Notes: a model not told the origin generated them from the letters alone. A stretch of 60,005 nucleotides of DNA from Candidatus Niyogibacteria bacterium (GCA_016181935.1 JACOYI010000006.1:1-60005); one strand, 5' to 3'; positions 16,128 through 24,344 are shown, numbered from the stretch's first letter. Translations and numbers: made by a program.

Positions 16128-18527
16128 ATGCCTGATGGTCAAGAAATCACAAAATCAAGCCATATCTCGGACTCACCAGATCCGGTGTTCATTCCGTTAA
16201 AAGAGGCGGAGCGAATTTCGGGTTACGCAAAAGATTACATTGGTTCACTCTGCCGGGCGAAGAAGATCGTTGCGCGGCGCGATCCCGAAAATAACTGGCT
16301 CATCCACCCCGAATCGCTCCTCACTCATAAAGCGACGACCGTCGCGGAACGGCAAAGACGAATGCGGCTGGAGAGTCAACGCGACCCGCTGAAACAGGCG
16401 CCGCAAAACCTGCCCGAGATTCCGAAAATTTCACCGGAACCTCGACTCGTGCAATTTGAGTCGTGGGATAAGCTTTTCCCCGAAGCAGTTGAACTTCCGC
16501 CCCGTCTCGTCCGTTCGGCTACAGCCGAGAACCCGGAATCGGCCTGCATTGGATCGTTCCGGCCGCGTGAACCGGTCCTGCCGCAAAAAATAATTCCCCG
16601 CCGCAATGAAGTACCGCGCCGTCATTTTGCGTGGAAAATCGTTGCTGTCATGATCGTTGTCGTAAGCGGATTTTGGTTCGGAAAATTCGGACCATCTGTT
16701 TTTGCGATGGCGGAAAAAATGCAATCCGCGATCGCAGTTGCCGTTCATCAAACCGCCACTCTTGCAGAAAACATTAAGGATAGTCCTTTTCTGATTCTTA
16801 AGGACTACCCTTTGGGTTTTCTGCATTCCCAATCCGCTTTAGTTATGGAGACCCTGTGGTCCTCCCTTTATGGTGAGCTTGGTCGAACCATCGAATCCTT
16901 CCCGCGTTCTCTCGGCGAAAAAGTCGGGAGCGCTGCGCGCTCCGGAGATTTGATGGAGCGCATCGCCCAGAAATTCATCCCGTCATCCGAAAGCGTCGTC
17001 CTGTATCCGCCTCCGCAACTGAACATTCCAGAAAATGCATCCGTCCCCGAATCCGGAACATCATCCGGTTTTACGGTTTCTCCTCCCGCTTCCAGTTTCC
17101 CGCCTCCAGCTTCCGGTCTCCAGTTTTTAGCTTCCAGAGTGGGCTTCCAGCAATCCGACCTTGATCGCGCGATTGCGGACGTGAATTCGAAACTTCAAGC
17201 CGAATCCAATCTTCTCCGCGCTTTAATTTATGAACGCGCCAATTCTAATTTCCAAGCGATTGCGCTCTCCAACAAAATTGATACGCTCTCGGGAATCACG
17301 CTCTCCTCGGTTACCGGTCTTAAAGATTCAGACATTCCGGACGATCTTACGGCATCGAATTACTTGCTTTTGAGTGGAGGAACCATCACATCGGATCTTG
17401 CGATTAGCGGCGCATTGACTGTTTCAGGTGCGCAAACCTTTTCCGGAGCCCTTACGATTCCGTATCTCTCCGCAACATCCTCAACCGCGTCTCAATTCAT
17501 TCAAGCATCGAGCACCCGATTGTCTGTGATAGATACGCTCTACGTCGGAGGAACGGCAACCACCACGATTCGGGGAAATTCGGCTACGAGCACCTTTGCA
17601 GGCGGAATGGAAGCACTCCAATTCGCAAGCTGGAACTGGATCGAAGCCCCACGGATCATGGCAACGTCAACAACCGCGACATCCACGTTTGCCTTTGCCA
17701 TTGCTTCTTCCAACGGAGACCTCATCCTGCATGCCCAGGGGACGACCAATGATCTGCTCTTAAACCCCTATGGAGGGAATGTGGGAATTGGAACAACAAC
17801 GCCGAGATATACGTTCACCGTTAACAGCTCAAACGCCACCGACAATCTTGTTCAAGTGGCAACCACCACGCATCCAGGAATCTTTGTCATCACCAATCGG
17901 GGCAATGTCGGCATCGGAACAACAAGCCCGCAAGCAAAACTTACGATTTGGGGAGGAAATGCAAATCCTTCTCTCTCGGCAAAACTGCTGGATGCCATGT
18001 ACGCATCCTCTTCCCTTTTCACCCTGTATGAATCTGGTGCTCTGGACATAGGGGGTGTTTCCTCGACAAGCCCTCGCTCACGTCTTGCGCTCACATCGGG
18101 AGGAGAACGCATGCTTCAGATCTTAAATACGGGAACGGTCCGTCTTGGCTCTTTTGCTTCTACATCTGCGCAATACCGCTTTGCGGTCAATGGCTCTGCA
18201 GGAATCTACGGCGCTCTTGCTCTGGGCAGTAAAACCTCATATCTCGCCTATTCTGCGTCGAATGGATCCGTTGCCTCCACCTCGAAGATTTCGGATAGCG
18301 AGAAAGGAGGACCATCAGGGCTGGATGCGAGTGATTTCTTCGGCCGTTCCGTCGCCGCTATCGGCGACCTGGACGGAGACGGCATCACCGATCTTGCCGT
18401 GGGGGCGCAGCAGGACGAAGCAAGCGGGACTGACGGCGACGGAGCGCTCCATATTCTCTTTATGAACCCCGATGGAACCGTGAAATCAACAGTCAAAATT
18501 GCTGATAACGTGAACTGGCGTCGCTGA
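16128..18527 (+). CDS. Giant surface protein A, segment 1: N-terminal HTH-like region, TM, Ser/Thr-rich GIGTT(S/T)P repeats, first FG-GAP repeat
   Basis: FIPLKEAERISGYAKDYIGSLCRAKKIVARR, then TM FAWKIVAVMIVVVSGFWFG, repeated GNVGIGTT(S/T)P motifs, and FFGRSVAAIGDLDGDGITDLAVGA. Ends at a frame break. Confidence 0.75.
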   Translation: MPDGQEITKSSHISDSPDPVFIPLKEAERISGYAKDYIGSLCRAKKIVARRDPENNWLIHPESLLTHKATTVAERQRRMRLESQRDPLKQAPQNLPEIPKISPEPRLVQFESWDKLFPEAVELPPRLVRSATAENPESACIGSFRPREPVLPQKIIPRRNEVPRRHFAWKIVAVMIVVVSGFWFGKFGPSVFAMAEKMQSAIAVAVHQTATLAENIKDSPFLILKDYPLGFLHSQSALVMETLWSSLYGELGRTIESFPRSLGEKVGSAARSGDLMERIAQKFIPSSESVVLYPPPQLNIPENASVPESGTSSGFTVSPPASSFPPPASGLQFLASRVGFQQSDLDRAIADVNSKLQAESNLLRALIYERANSNFQAIALSNKIDTLSGITLSSVTGLKDSDIPDDLTASNYLLLSGGTITSDLAISGALTVSGAQTFSGALTIPYLSATSSTASQFIQASSTRLSVIDTLYVGGTATTTIRGNSATSTFAGGMEALQFASWNWIEAPRIMATSTTATSTFAFAIASSNGDLILHAQGTTNDLLLNPYGGNVGIGTTTPRYTFTVNSSNATDNLVQVATTTHPGIFVITNRGNVGIGTTSPQAKLTIWGGNANPSLSAKLLDAMYASSSLFTLYESGALDIGGVSSTSPRSRLALTSGGERMLQILNTGTVRLGSFASTSAQYRFAVNGSAGIYGALALGSKTSYLAYSASNGSVASTSKISDSEKGGPSGLDASDFFGRSVAAIGDLDGDGITDLAVGAQQDEASGTDGDGALHILFMNPDGTVKSTVKIADNVNWRR
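16776..16812. repeat. Palindromic hairpin element, copy 2 (in frame inside the ORF)
   Basis: AAGGATAGTCCTT-TTCTGATTCTT-AAGGACTACCCTT; translated as KDSPFLILKDYPL. Confidence 0.9.
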
Positions 18528-18534
18528 TCTTGCC

Positions 18535-18876
18535 GTGGGGGCGCAGCAGGACGAAGCCACGAGCGGGGGAAGTACAGCTGAAGGCGCTCTTCATATTCTT
18601 TTCATGAATCCCAATGGCACGGTGAAATCCACGGTCAAGATCTCGGATGCTGAAAACGGAGGGCCATCAGGGCTGGATGCGGGTGATAAATTCGGCCGTT
18701 CCGTCGCCGCTATCGGCGATCTGGACGGAGACGGCATCACCGACCTTGCCGTGGGGGCAGATGCCGATGAAGCAAGCGGGACTGACGGCGACGGAGCGCT
18801 CCATATTCTCTTTATGAACCCCGATGGAACCGTGAAATCAACAGTCAAAATTGCTGATAACGTGAACTGCGAGTGA
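18535..18876 (+). CDS. Giant surface protein A, segment 2 (FG-GAP repeats, +1 frame relative to segment 1)
   Basis: The FG-GAP repeat series continues; there is no independent start context. Confidence 0.6.
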   Translation: MGAQQDEATSGGSTAEGALHILFMNPNGTVKSTVKISDAENGGPSGLDAGDKFGRSVAAIGDLDGDGITDLAVGADADEASGTDGDGALHILFMNPDGTVKSTVKIADNVNCE

Positions 18877-18940
18877 TTTTTTCGGCTTCTCTGTTGCTTC
18901 CATTGGCGATCTGGATGGGGATGGCGTCGTTGATCTTGCA

Positions 18941-20449
18941 GTGGGGGCATTCCGTGACGAAGCCACGAGCGGGGGCAGTTCAGACGAAGGCGCGCTTCAC
19001 ATCTTGTTCATGAATCCCAATGGCACGGTGAAATCCACGGTCAAGATCTCGGATGCTGAAAACGGAGGGCCGTCAGGGCTGGACGCGACTGATTTTTTCG
19101 GCGGCTCTGTTGCTTCCATTGGCGATCTGGATGGGGATGGCATTACCGATCTTGCAGTGGGGGCATATGCCGACGAAGCCACGAGCGGGGGCAGTTCAGA
19201 TGAAGGCGCGCTTCACATCTTGTTCATGACAAATACGTCCCGCCTGCGTCTTGCAACTGCAGGAACCGAGCGCTTTAGCGTGACCAATGGAGGCCTTGTG
19301 GGCATCGGAACCTCAACACCCCAACGCATACTCTCGGTCCAGGAGACCACTGCTAATTCCCAGTTCCGTCTTGCCTATGACAATACGAACTTCTCCGACT
19401 TCCAGATCGATTCCACGGGAGACCTCATCTTTAATCCTTCCGGAGACGATGTGTTTTTAAATGACGACAATCTCTGGGTTTGCAGTGGAGGAGCGTGTTC
19501 TGCGGGAACTCCCGCAGGAACGGGGAATCTCATTGTGGAAACAAGATTGGGTATCGGAACGAGCACTCCGAATTGGGCATTGCAACTGGCGGGAACACGA
19601 CCGTTCCTGACCTTGAGCGACACCTCGGCAGGCGCCGACCTCAAGCATTGGTTCTTCTCCTCACAAGGAGGGAATCTGTATGTGGGAACGACGACGGATG
19701 GGTATGCGACGAGTTCGATCGGTGCGCTGTCATTGTTTGGAGGAAGCGGAGTATTGAGCATCGGAACCAGCACGGACAAACTAGCGGGACTTACTTATAG
19801 CGCAACGGGGACGGTCATCACGCAGTCGCAAATCGCCCCGATGGGATTCCCGATACCCTTTAGCAATGTGTTTGCGATAACGACGCAATTAACAGGAAAT
19901 GCGGCGCAAATCGCTTCTTCAACCTTTATAGTCCCTGCGGGTGTCTATCGCGTGTGGGTGGAAGTATACGGCGGCGGGGGTGCGGGACAAGATGCCAACG
20001 TTGTCAATGGCGGCGGCGGTGGCGGCGGTGCGGGAGGCGTTGTTAAGGGTTTTATGGATGTGTTTCCCGGAGTATCCATCAATTATGCGTTAGGAAAAGG
20101 AGGTGCGCAGCAAGCGAGCGCGGCTGGGCAAAGCGGCGGAACATCCCATGCGAATTATGGAAATACGTGGTTGGTGGCGTCTGGGGGAGAGGGCGGAACT
20201 GCAACTGCCACAGGCGGAGAAGGCGGCATAGGAACGGGAGGAGTGATAAATTCTCGCGGTGGACCCGGAGGTGCTCAAACCGCAGATTCAGCAGGAGCCG
20301 GAGGAAGCAATGAACGTGGCGGTGGTTCTAGAGGACCGCTTAATGCAGGAACGGCTCTACAGGGTGGCGTTTGCGGGGGTGGGGGTGGAGGAACGGAAAC
20401 AGGGGTTGCCGGCGACGGCGGCGGCGGGTGTGTGTTTATTTGGTATTAA
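18941..20449 (+). CDS. Giant surface protein A, segment 3: FG-GAP repeats, tail-fibre-like repeats, C-terminal glycine-rich domain
   Basis: +1 frame again. VWVEVYGGGGAG...GGGGGGGAGG...GGGGCVFIWY C-terminus. Confidence 0.7.
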   Translation: MGAFRDEATSGGSSDEGALHILFMNPNGTVKSTVKISDAENGGPSGLDATDFFGGSVASIGDLDGDGITDLAVGAYADEATSGGSSDEGALHILFMTNTSRLRLATAGTERFSVTNGGLVGIGTSTPQRILSVQETTANSQFRLAYDNTNFSDFQIDSTGDLIFNPSGDDVFLNDDNLWVCSGGACSAGTPAGTGNLIVETRLGIGTSTPNWALQLAGTRPFLTLSDTSAGADLKHWFFSSQGGNLYVGTTTDGYATSSIGALSLFGGSGVLSIGTSTDKLAGLTYSATGTVITQSQIAPMGFPIPFSNVFAITTQLTGNAAQIASSTFIVPAGVYRVWVEVYGGGGAGQDANVVNGGGGGGGAGGVVKGFMDVFPGVSINYALGKGGAQQASAAGQSGGTSHANYGNTWLVASGGEGGTATATGGEGGIGTGGVINSRGGPGGAQTADSAGAGGSNERGGGSRGPLNAGTALQGGVCGGGGGGTETGVAGDGGGGCVFIWY

Positions 20450-20452
20450 CCT

Positions 20453-20833
20453 ATGAACCTCTTAACCATCATCCTCAACATCCTCAAACTCGCCGGCATC
20501 TTCGGTATCGGGTATTTGTTGTCCTCGAATATCTCTCTTAAGGGTAGTCCTTTTCTGATTCTTAAGGACTACCCTTTGGTTGTTGCTGCTGCCGTTCAAC
20601 CATTGGATCTTTTGCAAAATTCCCTTGAATCTTTTCCTCAATCGTTGGGGGAAAAAGTGGGAACTGCCGCGCGCTCCGGAGATTTGATGGAGCGCATCGC
20701 CCAGAAATTCATCCCGTCATCCGAAACGGTTGTATTGTACCCGCCCCCGCGGTTTCCGGAGTCGAGCGCGTCATTGAGCGCGTGGTGTCAGGTCTTTCTT
20801 CCTCCGACCTCGAATCATTGCGCAATGAATTGA
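20453..20833 (+). CDS. Giant surface protein B, N-terminal segment (TM anchor + conserved stalk)
   Basis: TM LLTIILNILKLAGIFGIGYLL, then ESFPQSLGEKVGTAARSGDLMERIAQKFIPSSETVVLYPPP, paralogous to 16890-17010. Confidence 0.65.
   Translation: MNLLTIILNILKLAGIFGIGYLLSSNISLKGSPFLILKDYPLVVAAAVQPLDLLQNSLESFPQSLGEKVGTAARSGDLMERIAQKFIPSSETVVLYPPPRFPESSASLSAWCQVFLPPTSNHCAMN
20540..20576. repeat. Palindromic hairpin element, copy 3 (in frame inside the ORF)
   Basis: AAGGGTAGTCCTT-TTCTGATTCTT-AAGGACTACCCTT; translated as KGSPFLILKDYPL. Confidence 0.9.
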
Positions 20834-22926
20834 ACGCGCGCATTGCTTCCGAAACCAATCTCCTGCGCGCTCTCATTGCCGAACGCAGCGATTCTAACTT
20901 CCGCGCCATTGCATTGACCAACAAGATCGATCATTTGTCCGGAATCACCTTGAGTTCCATTACGGTCTCGTCGGTTTCGGGCCTGACGGATGCGGATATT
21001 CCGAACGACATCACCATCGCAAGTTCCGCGGGACTCTCGGCAACTTCGGGTTCGTTTTCTTCAACATTCGGAGTGACAGGGCTTTCTACATTGACGGGGG
21101 GATTCCTGTCGCAGGCGTCGAGCACCGTTGCCGCGAATCTTTCGATTCAAGGTCCGTTGTCTGCTTCCAGCTCCGTTTCCATCGCGGGCGCGGCAGAACT
21201 TCTCTCAACCCTGTCGGTCTCCAACCTCTCAACGTTCACGGGCGGGTTCATTTCGAACGCTTCCTCATCCATTTCTTCAAGTTTGAATGTCTCGGGCAAC
21301 CTCAATGCCTCAAGTACTCTTTTTGTCGGAGGAACCGGCACGTCCTCCATTGCCTATGGACTTACCGTAGGAACATCCGGAGGACTGGTGGGAATCGGAA
21401 CAACAGCACCCGGCGATCATCTAGCGATCGAGGGAAGCGGTACGCAGGCCTTGTCTATCTACAGCACCGATACCGGCTCGGGGAACGTGCAGAAAACATT
21501 CATACGATTATACGGAGAGAATGTGGCAGGAACCAAGGTAGAACAAGTCAGACTTTCTTCAGCTCCCGGAACGGCAAATTCAAGCGCGGGACGGTTCATC
21601 GTGAGCGTGAGCGGATCTTCTGGTATAACGGAGCGCATGAGAATTGACGAAAATGGCAACATTGGCATCGGCACGACAAGTCCCTACGCAAAACTTTCCA
21701 TCCATGCAAATGCCACAGAAACCAATCGGAATCTTTTTTCAATTGCAAGTTCTACCGCATTGGCAACGACAACACATTTCGCGATAACCAATATCGGCAA
21801 CGTTGGCATCGGAACTAGCGATCCAGCCCAAAAACTCCATGTGTTCAATACCGCGAGCACCCCTCAATTCCGGATCGGATATGACAAGGATTTCTTCGCG
21901 GACTTCCAAGTGGATGCGGGAGGTGATCTTCTATTGAATCCCTCTGCGACCTCGTCTCCCTTCACCAATTCCGTGCGCATCATGAATGACAACCTGTTCA
22001 TCTGTTCCAATGGAGCGTGTCCGTCTCCGGATACGGGTGCGGGCATGATCGCGGATACCGGCAACCTTATCGTGGAGAACCGAGTGGGTATCGGAACGAG
22101 TACGCCGAATTGGGCGTTGCAATTGGCAGGCACGAGGCCATTCCTGACCTTGAGCGATACCAGCGCAGGCACTGACCTCAAACACTGGTTCTTCTCAAGT
22201 CAGGGAGGGAATCTGTATGTGGGGACGACGACGGACGGGTATGCGACCAACACCATTTCTGCTTTAGCGATTACCAATGCGGGAAATGTGCTCATCGGCA
22301 CCACCACAAATCCGTCTGCGGGAGCCGTCGGGTTATCGGTTGAAGGGCAGATCGCCGCGATGGGGCATCCCATTCCTTTTTCTAGTGTTCGAATGATTAC
22401 AACGACGGGAACCACGACTTTCACGGCTCCCGAGGGAGTGAGGCGGCTCTGGGTAGAAGTGTATGGGGGCGGCGGAGCGGGTAATTGCGCCGCCACAGGG
22501 GTTCCTCCTGGCGGAGGAGGTGGAGGAACGGTGATGGGATTCGTCTCTTCATCAACATTTCCAGTTTTTGTTGGAGACAGAACAGCGACAACATCCTGTA
22601 CCGCCAATGGAGCAAACGGCAATTATTCGCAAATCGGCAATCCTGTTATTTTTGGAGCGAATGGCGGAAGTGGCGGCGCAAACAATGGCTCTGGGCTTGG
22701 CGGAACAATACGAGTTTCGGGAGATATCAATAAAGAAGGGGAATCTGGCGATGGGGGGGTGGCCGCTAGTTATGGCGGACAAGGAGGCAGTACATTTCGT
22801 GGGACGGGCGGAACCAGCAACAACGGCGCCAATTCGTTCGGGCGAGATTGCGGAGGCGGAGGGGCGGGTTCGGTAACCTCCGTTGCGGGACGGGGAGGCG
22901 CGGGATGTGTGGTTATTTGGTATTAA
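20782..22926 (+). CDS. Giant surface protein B, main segment (tail-fibre-like repeats + glycine-rich C-terminal domain)
   Basis: SDLESLRNELNARIASETNLLRALIAERSDSNFRAIAL parallels protein A. Has GIGTT(S/T)P motifs and a LWVEVYGGGGAG...GAGCVVIWY end. The frame stays open upstream of 20782. Confidence 0.75.
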   Translation: MVSGLSSSDLESLRNELNARIASETNLLRALIAERSDSNFRAIALTNKIDHLSGITLSSITVSSVSGLTDADIPNDITIASSAGLSATSGSFSSTFGVTGLSTLTGGFLSQASSTVAANLSIQGPLSASSSVSIAGAAELLSTLSVSNLSTFTGGFISNASSSISSSLNVSGNLNASSTLFVGGTGTSSIAYGLTVGTSGGLVGIGTTAPGDHLAIEGSGTQALSIYSTDTGSGNVQKTFIRLYGENVAGTKVEQVRLSSAPGTANSSAGRFIVSVSGSSGITERMRIDENGNIGIGTTSPYAKLSIHANATETNRNLFSIASSTALATTTHFAITNIGNVGIGTSDPAQKLHVFNTASTPQFRIGYDKDFFADFQVDAGGDLLLNPSATSSPFTNSVRIMNDNLFICSNGACPSPDTGAGMIADTGNLIVENRVGIGTSTPNWALQLAGTRPFLTLSDTSAGTDLKHWFFSSQGGNLYVGTTTDGYATNTISALAITNAGNVLIGTTTNPSAGAVGLSVEGQIAAMGHPIPFSSVRMITTTGTTTFTAPEGVRRLWVEVYGGGGAGNCAATGVPPGGGGGGTVMGFVSSSTFPVFVGDRTATTSCTANGANGNYSQIGNPVIFGANGGSGGANNGSGLGGTIRVSGDINKEGESGDGGVAASYGGQGGSTFRGTGGTSNNGANSFGRDCGGGGAGSVTSVAGRGGAGCVVIWY

Positions 22927-23098
22927 ACCGGCGAATAGCTGGGCCGCCTGAATAATCTTCGATGACCCAACCGAGCTTTTGAATGTGCGAACGGAGCTCG
23001 TCCGCTAACGCCCAATCTTTTTTTGCGCGGGCCTGCACGCGATCGCGTGCCAATTTTCGGACCGCCGCGGGAATTTTGATTTTTGCAAGCGCCGTTAA
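22916..23098 (-). pseudogene. Start-less fragment resembling the C-terminus of cysteinyl-tRNA synthetase
   Basis: Translates to ..KIKIPAAVRKLARDRVQARAKKDWALADELRSHIQKLGWVIEDYSGGPAIRRFNTK*. Bounded upstream by an in-frame TAG; no ATG/GTG/TTG at its 5' end. Confidence 0.6.
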
Positions 23099-23121
23099 CT
23101 ATGGAGGTTGAACCTCCATAG
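23099..23121. repeat. Perfect 9-bp-stem hairpin
   Basis: CTATGGAGG-TTGAA-CCTCCATAG, immediately before a TATAAT hexamer (23130-23135) and the mpg start. Confidence 0.7.
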
Positions 23122-23136
23122 TGTCACAGTATAATA

Positions 23137-23670
23137 GTGAAATTCACACCATTGCCACGCTCGTTCTTTGGAGCGCCGACCCTTCAGGTCGCGCGGGGTC
23201 TTCTGGGTAAAATGCTGGTGCGGCGAGTGAACGGAGCGATCATTCGCGCCCGCATCACCGAAACCGAGGCCTACATCGGGGAGCGGGACAAGGCCTGCCA
23301 TGCATCGCGCGGACGGACGGTGCGGACCGCCATCATGTATGAAAAGGCGGGTACGGCCTATGTCTATCTTATTTACGGGATGCATTGGTGCTTGAACATC
23401 GTCACCGAGCGCGAAAATTTCCCTGCGGCCGTCTTAATCCGCGGGATCGAGCAGGACGGCAAACGCATTTCGGGCCCCGGCCGCGTGTGCAAGGCGCTCG
23501 GCATCGATAAAAAATTCAATGGCGCGTACTTGATCGGGAATCGAAAATTATGGCTCGAACATCCGCTTGGAAGTTTAACTTCCAAGTTTAAAATAGGCCG
23601 CGGCCCCCGCATCGGCGTGGATTACGCCGGCGCATGGGTCAGGAAGCCGTGGCGCTTCCAGCTTCAATAA
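23137..23670 (+). CDS. mpg: DNA-3-methyladenine glycosylase (Mpg/AAG family)
   Basis: LPRSFFGAPTLQVARGLLGKMLV...ITETEAYIGERDKACHA...GMHWCLNIV. Confidence 0.88.
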   Translation: MKFTPLPRSFFGAPTLQVARGLLGKMLVRRVNGAIIRARITETEAYIGERDKACHASRGRTVRTAIMYEKAGTAYVYLIYGMHWCLNIVTERENFPAAVLIRGIEQDGKRISGPGRVCKALGIDKKFNGAYLIGNRKLWLEHPLGSLTSKFKIGRGPRIGVDYAGAWVRKPWRFQLQ

Positions 23671-23724
23671 ATAATCAAAAGGGCTCTGCACTATCTGCAT
23701 CGTCATCATTTATCATTATTTCGC

Positions 23725-23762
23725 ATTACCACATTCCTGACGGCCGTCAGGAATGTGGTAAT
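23725..23762. repeat. Perfect 38-nt palindrome P1
   Basis: ATTACCACATTCCTGACGG|CCGTCAGGAATGTGGTAAT. Confidence 0.95.
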
Positions 23763-23795
23763 CCTTTGTGTATCTATTGTATCTATTTTAGAATC

Positions 23796-24338
23796 TTACA
23801 ACCTAAAATCCCTCTTCAACCATTTATCATTTTCAATGAATTTCGCCGTAATATAGAGCATTTCTTTACCGACATGAAAATCCGCCTTTAATAACGTGAT
23901 AATATCTTGACATTCATATGGATACACCCACACGCTCTGTTGAAGTTGTCTGAATCCAAAGCGTTTTAATTCTTCCCGTATTTTATGTCGCAAATTTCTT
24001 TTATATTCACGAATATCAAAAATAATGAGCCGCCAGCTGCCGTCCCATCGAAGCGGCTTCTTGATTTTTTCAAGAAGCTGATATCGTTGAAGCTCGATTT
24101 TTCCCTTTGCAGTCAGACGAATAACCTGATTTCCATTGATCTCTAGGAATTCAATTAAACCTGAATCCCGAAGTCGTTGAATGCGGGAATGAATATGAGA
24201 CGAAAAATATCGTCGAGTGCCGGGTAATTTCGCTAATATTTGCAATGTATTCGGTGCAATCGCCGCAACCGCAAGTATCCCTGCGACCCCAATGACATTC
24301 AATATGGATTTGTAAATATCGGATTTTCTTATTGCCAT
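23796..24338 (-). CDS. PaaX-family-like protein (N-terminal TM + wHTH + Cas2-like-fold domain)
   Basis: WDGSWRLIIFDIREYKRNLRHKIREELKRFGFRQLQQSVWVYP matches the PaaX core pattern. The gene is markedly AT-rich compared with its neighbours. Confidence 0.6.
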   Translation of the reverse strand: MAIRKSDIYKSILNVIGVAGILAVAAIAPNTLQILAKLPGTRRYFSSHIHSRIQRLRDSGLIEFLEINGNQVIRLTAKGKIELQRYQLLEKIKKPLRWDGSWRLIIFDIREYKRNLRHKIREELKRFGFRQLQQSVWVYPYECQDIITLLKADFHVGKEMLYITAKFIENDKWLKRDFRL

Positions 24339-24344
24339 TATTCC

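Noticed and set aside
18513-18880. Stop-codon reassignment (UGA as a sense codon, as in some CPR lineages) to read through the breaks in giant protein A
   Set aside because: Continuing in the original frame past 18527 gives non-repeat junk with several TGA and a TAA stop. The +1 frame gives perfect FG-GAP repeat sequence. Other genes in the window end properly at TGA.
19950-20449. Glycine-rich coding tract and its antisense ORFs (20090..20278 and others), considered as a simple-sequence repeat or collagen-like region
   Set aside because: It is not a regular nucleotide repeat and has no Gly-X-Y periodicity. It is a conserved protein domain shared with the paralogue (22440-22926), and the antisense ORFs are shadows.
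15190-23100. Interpretation of the adhesin block as a prophage
   Set aside because: There is no integrase, terminase, capsid, portal, tail-tube or lysis gene. Only tail-fibre-like repeat motifs are present, and these also occur in cellular adhesins.
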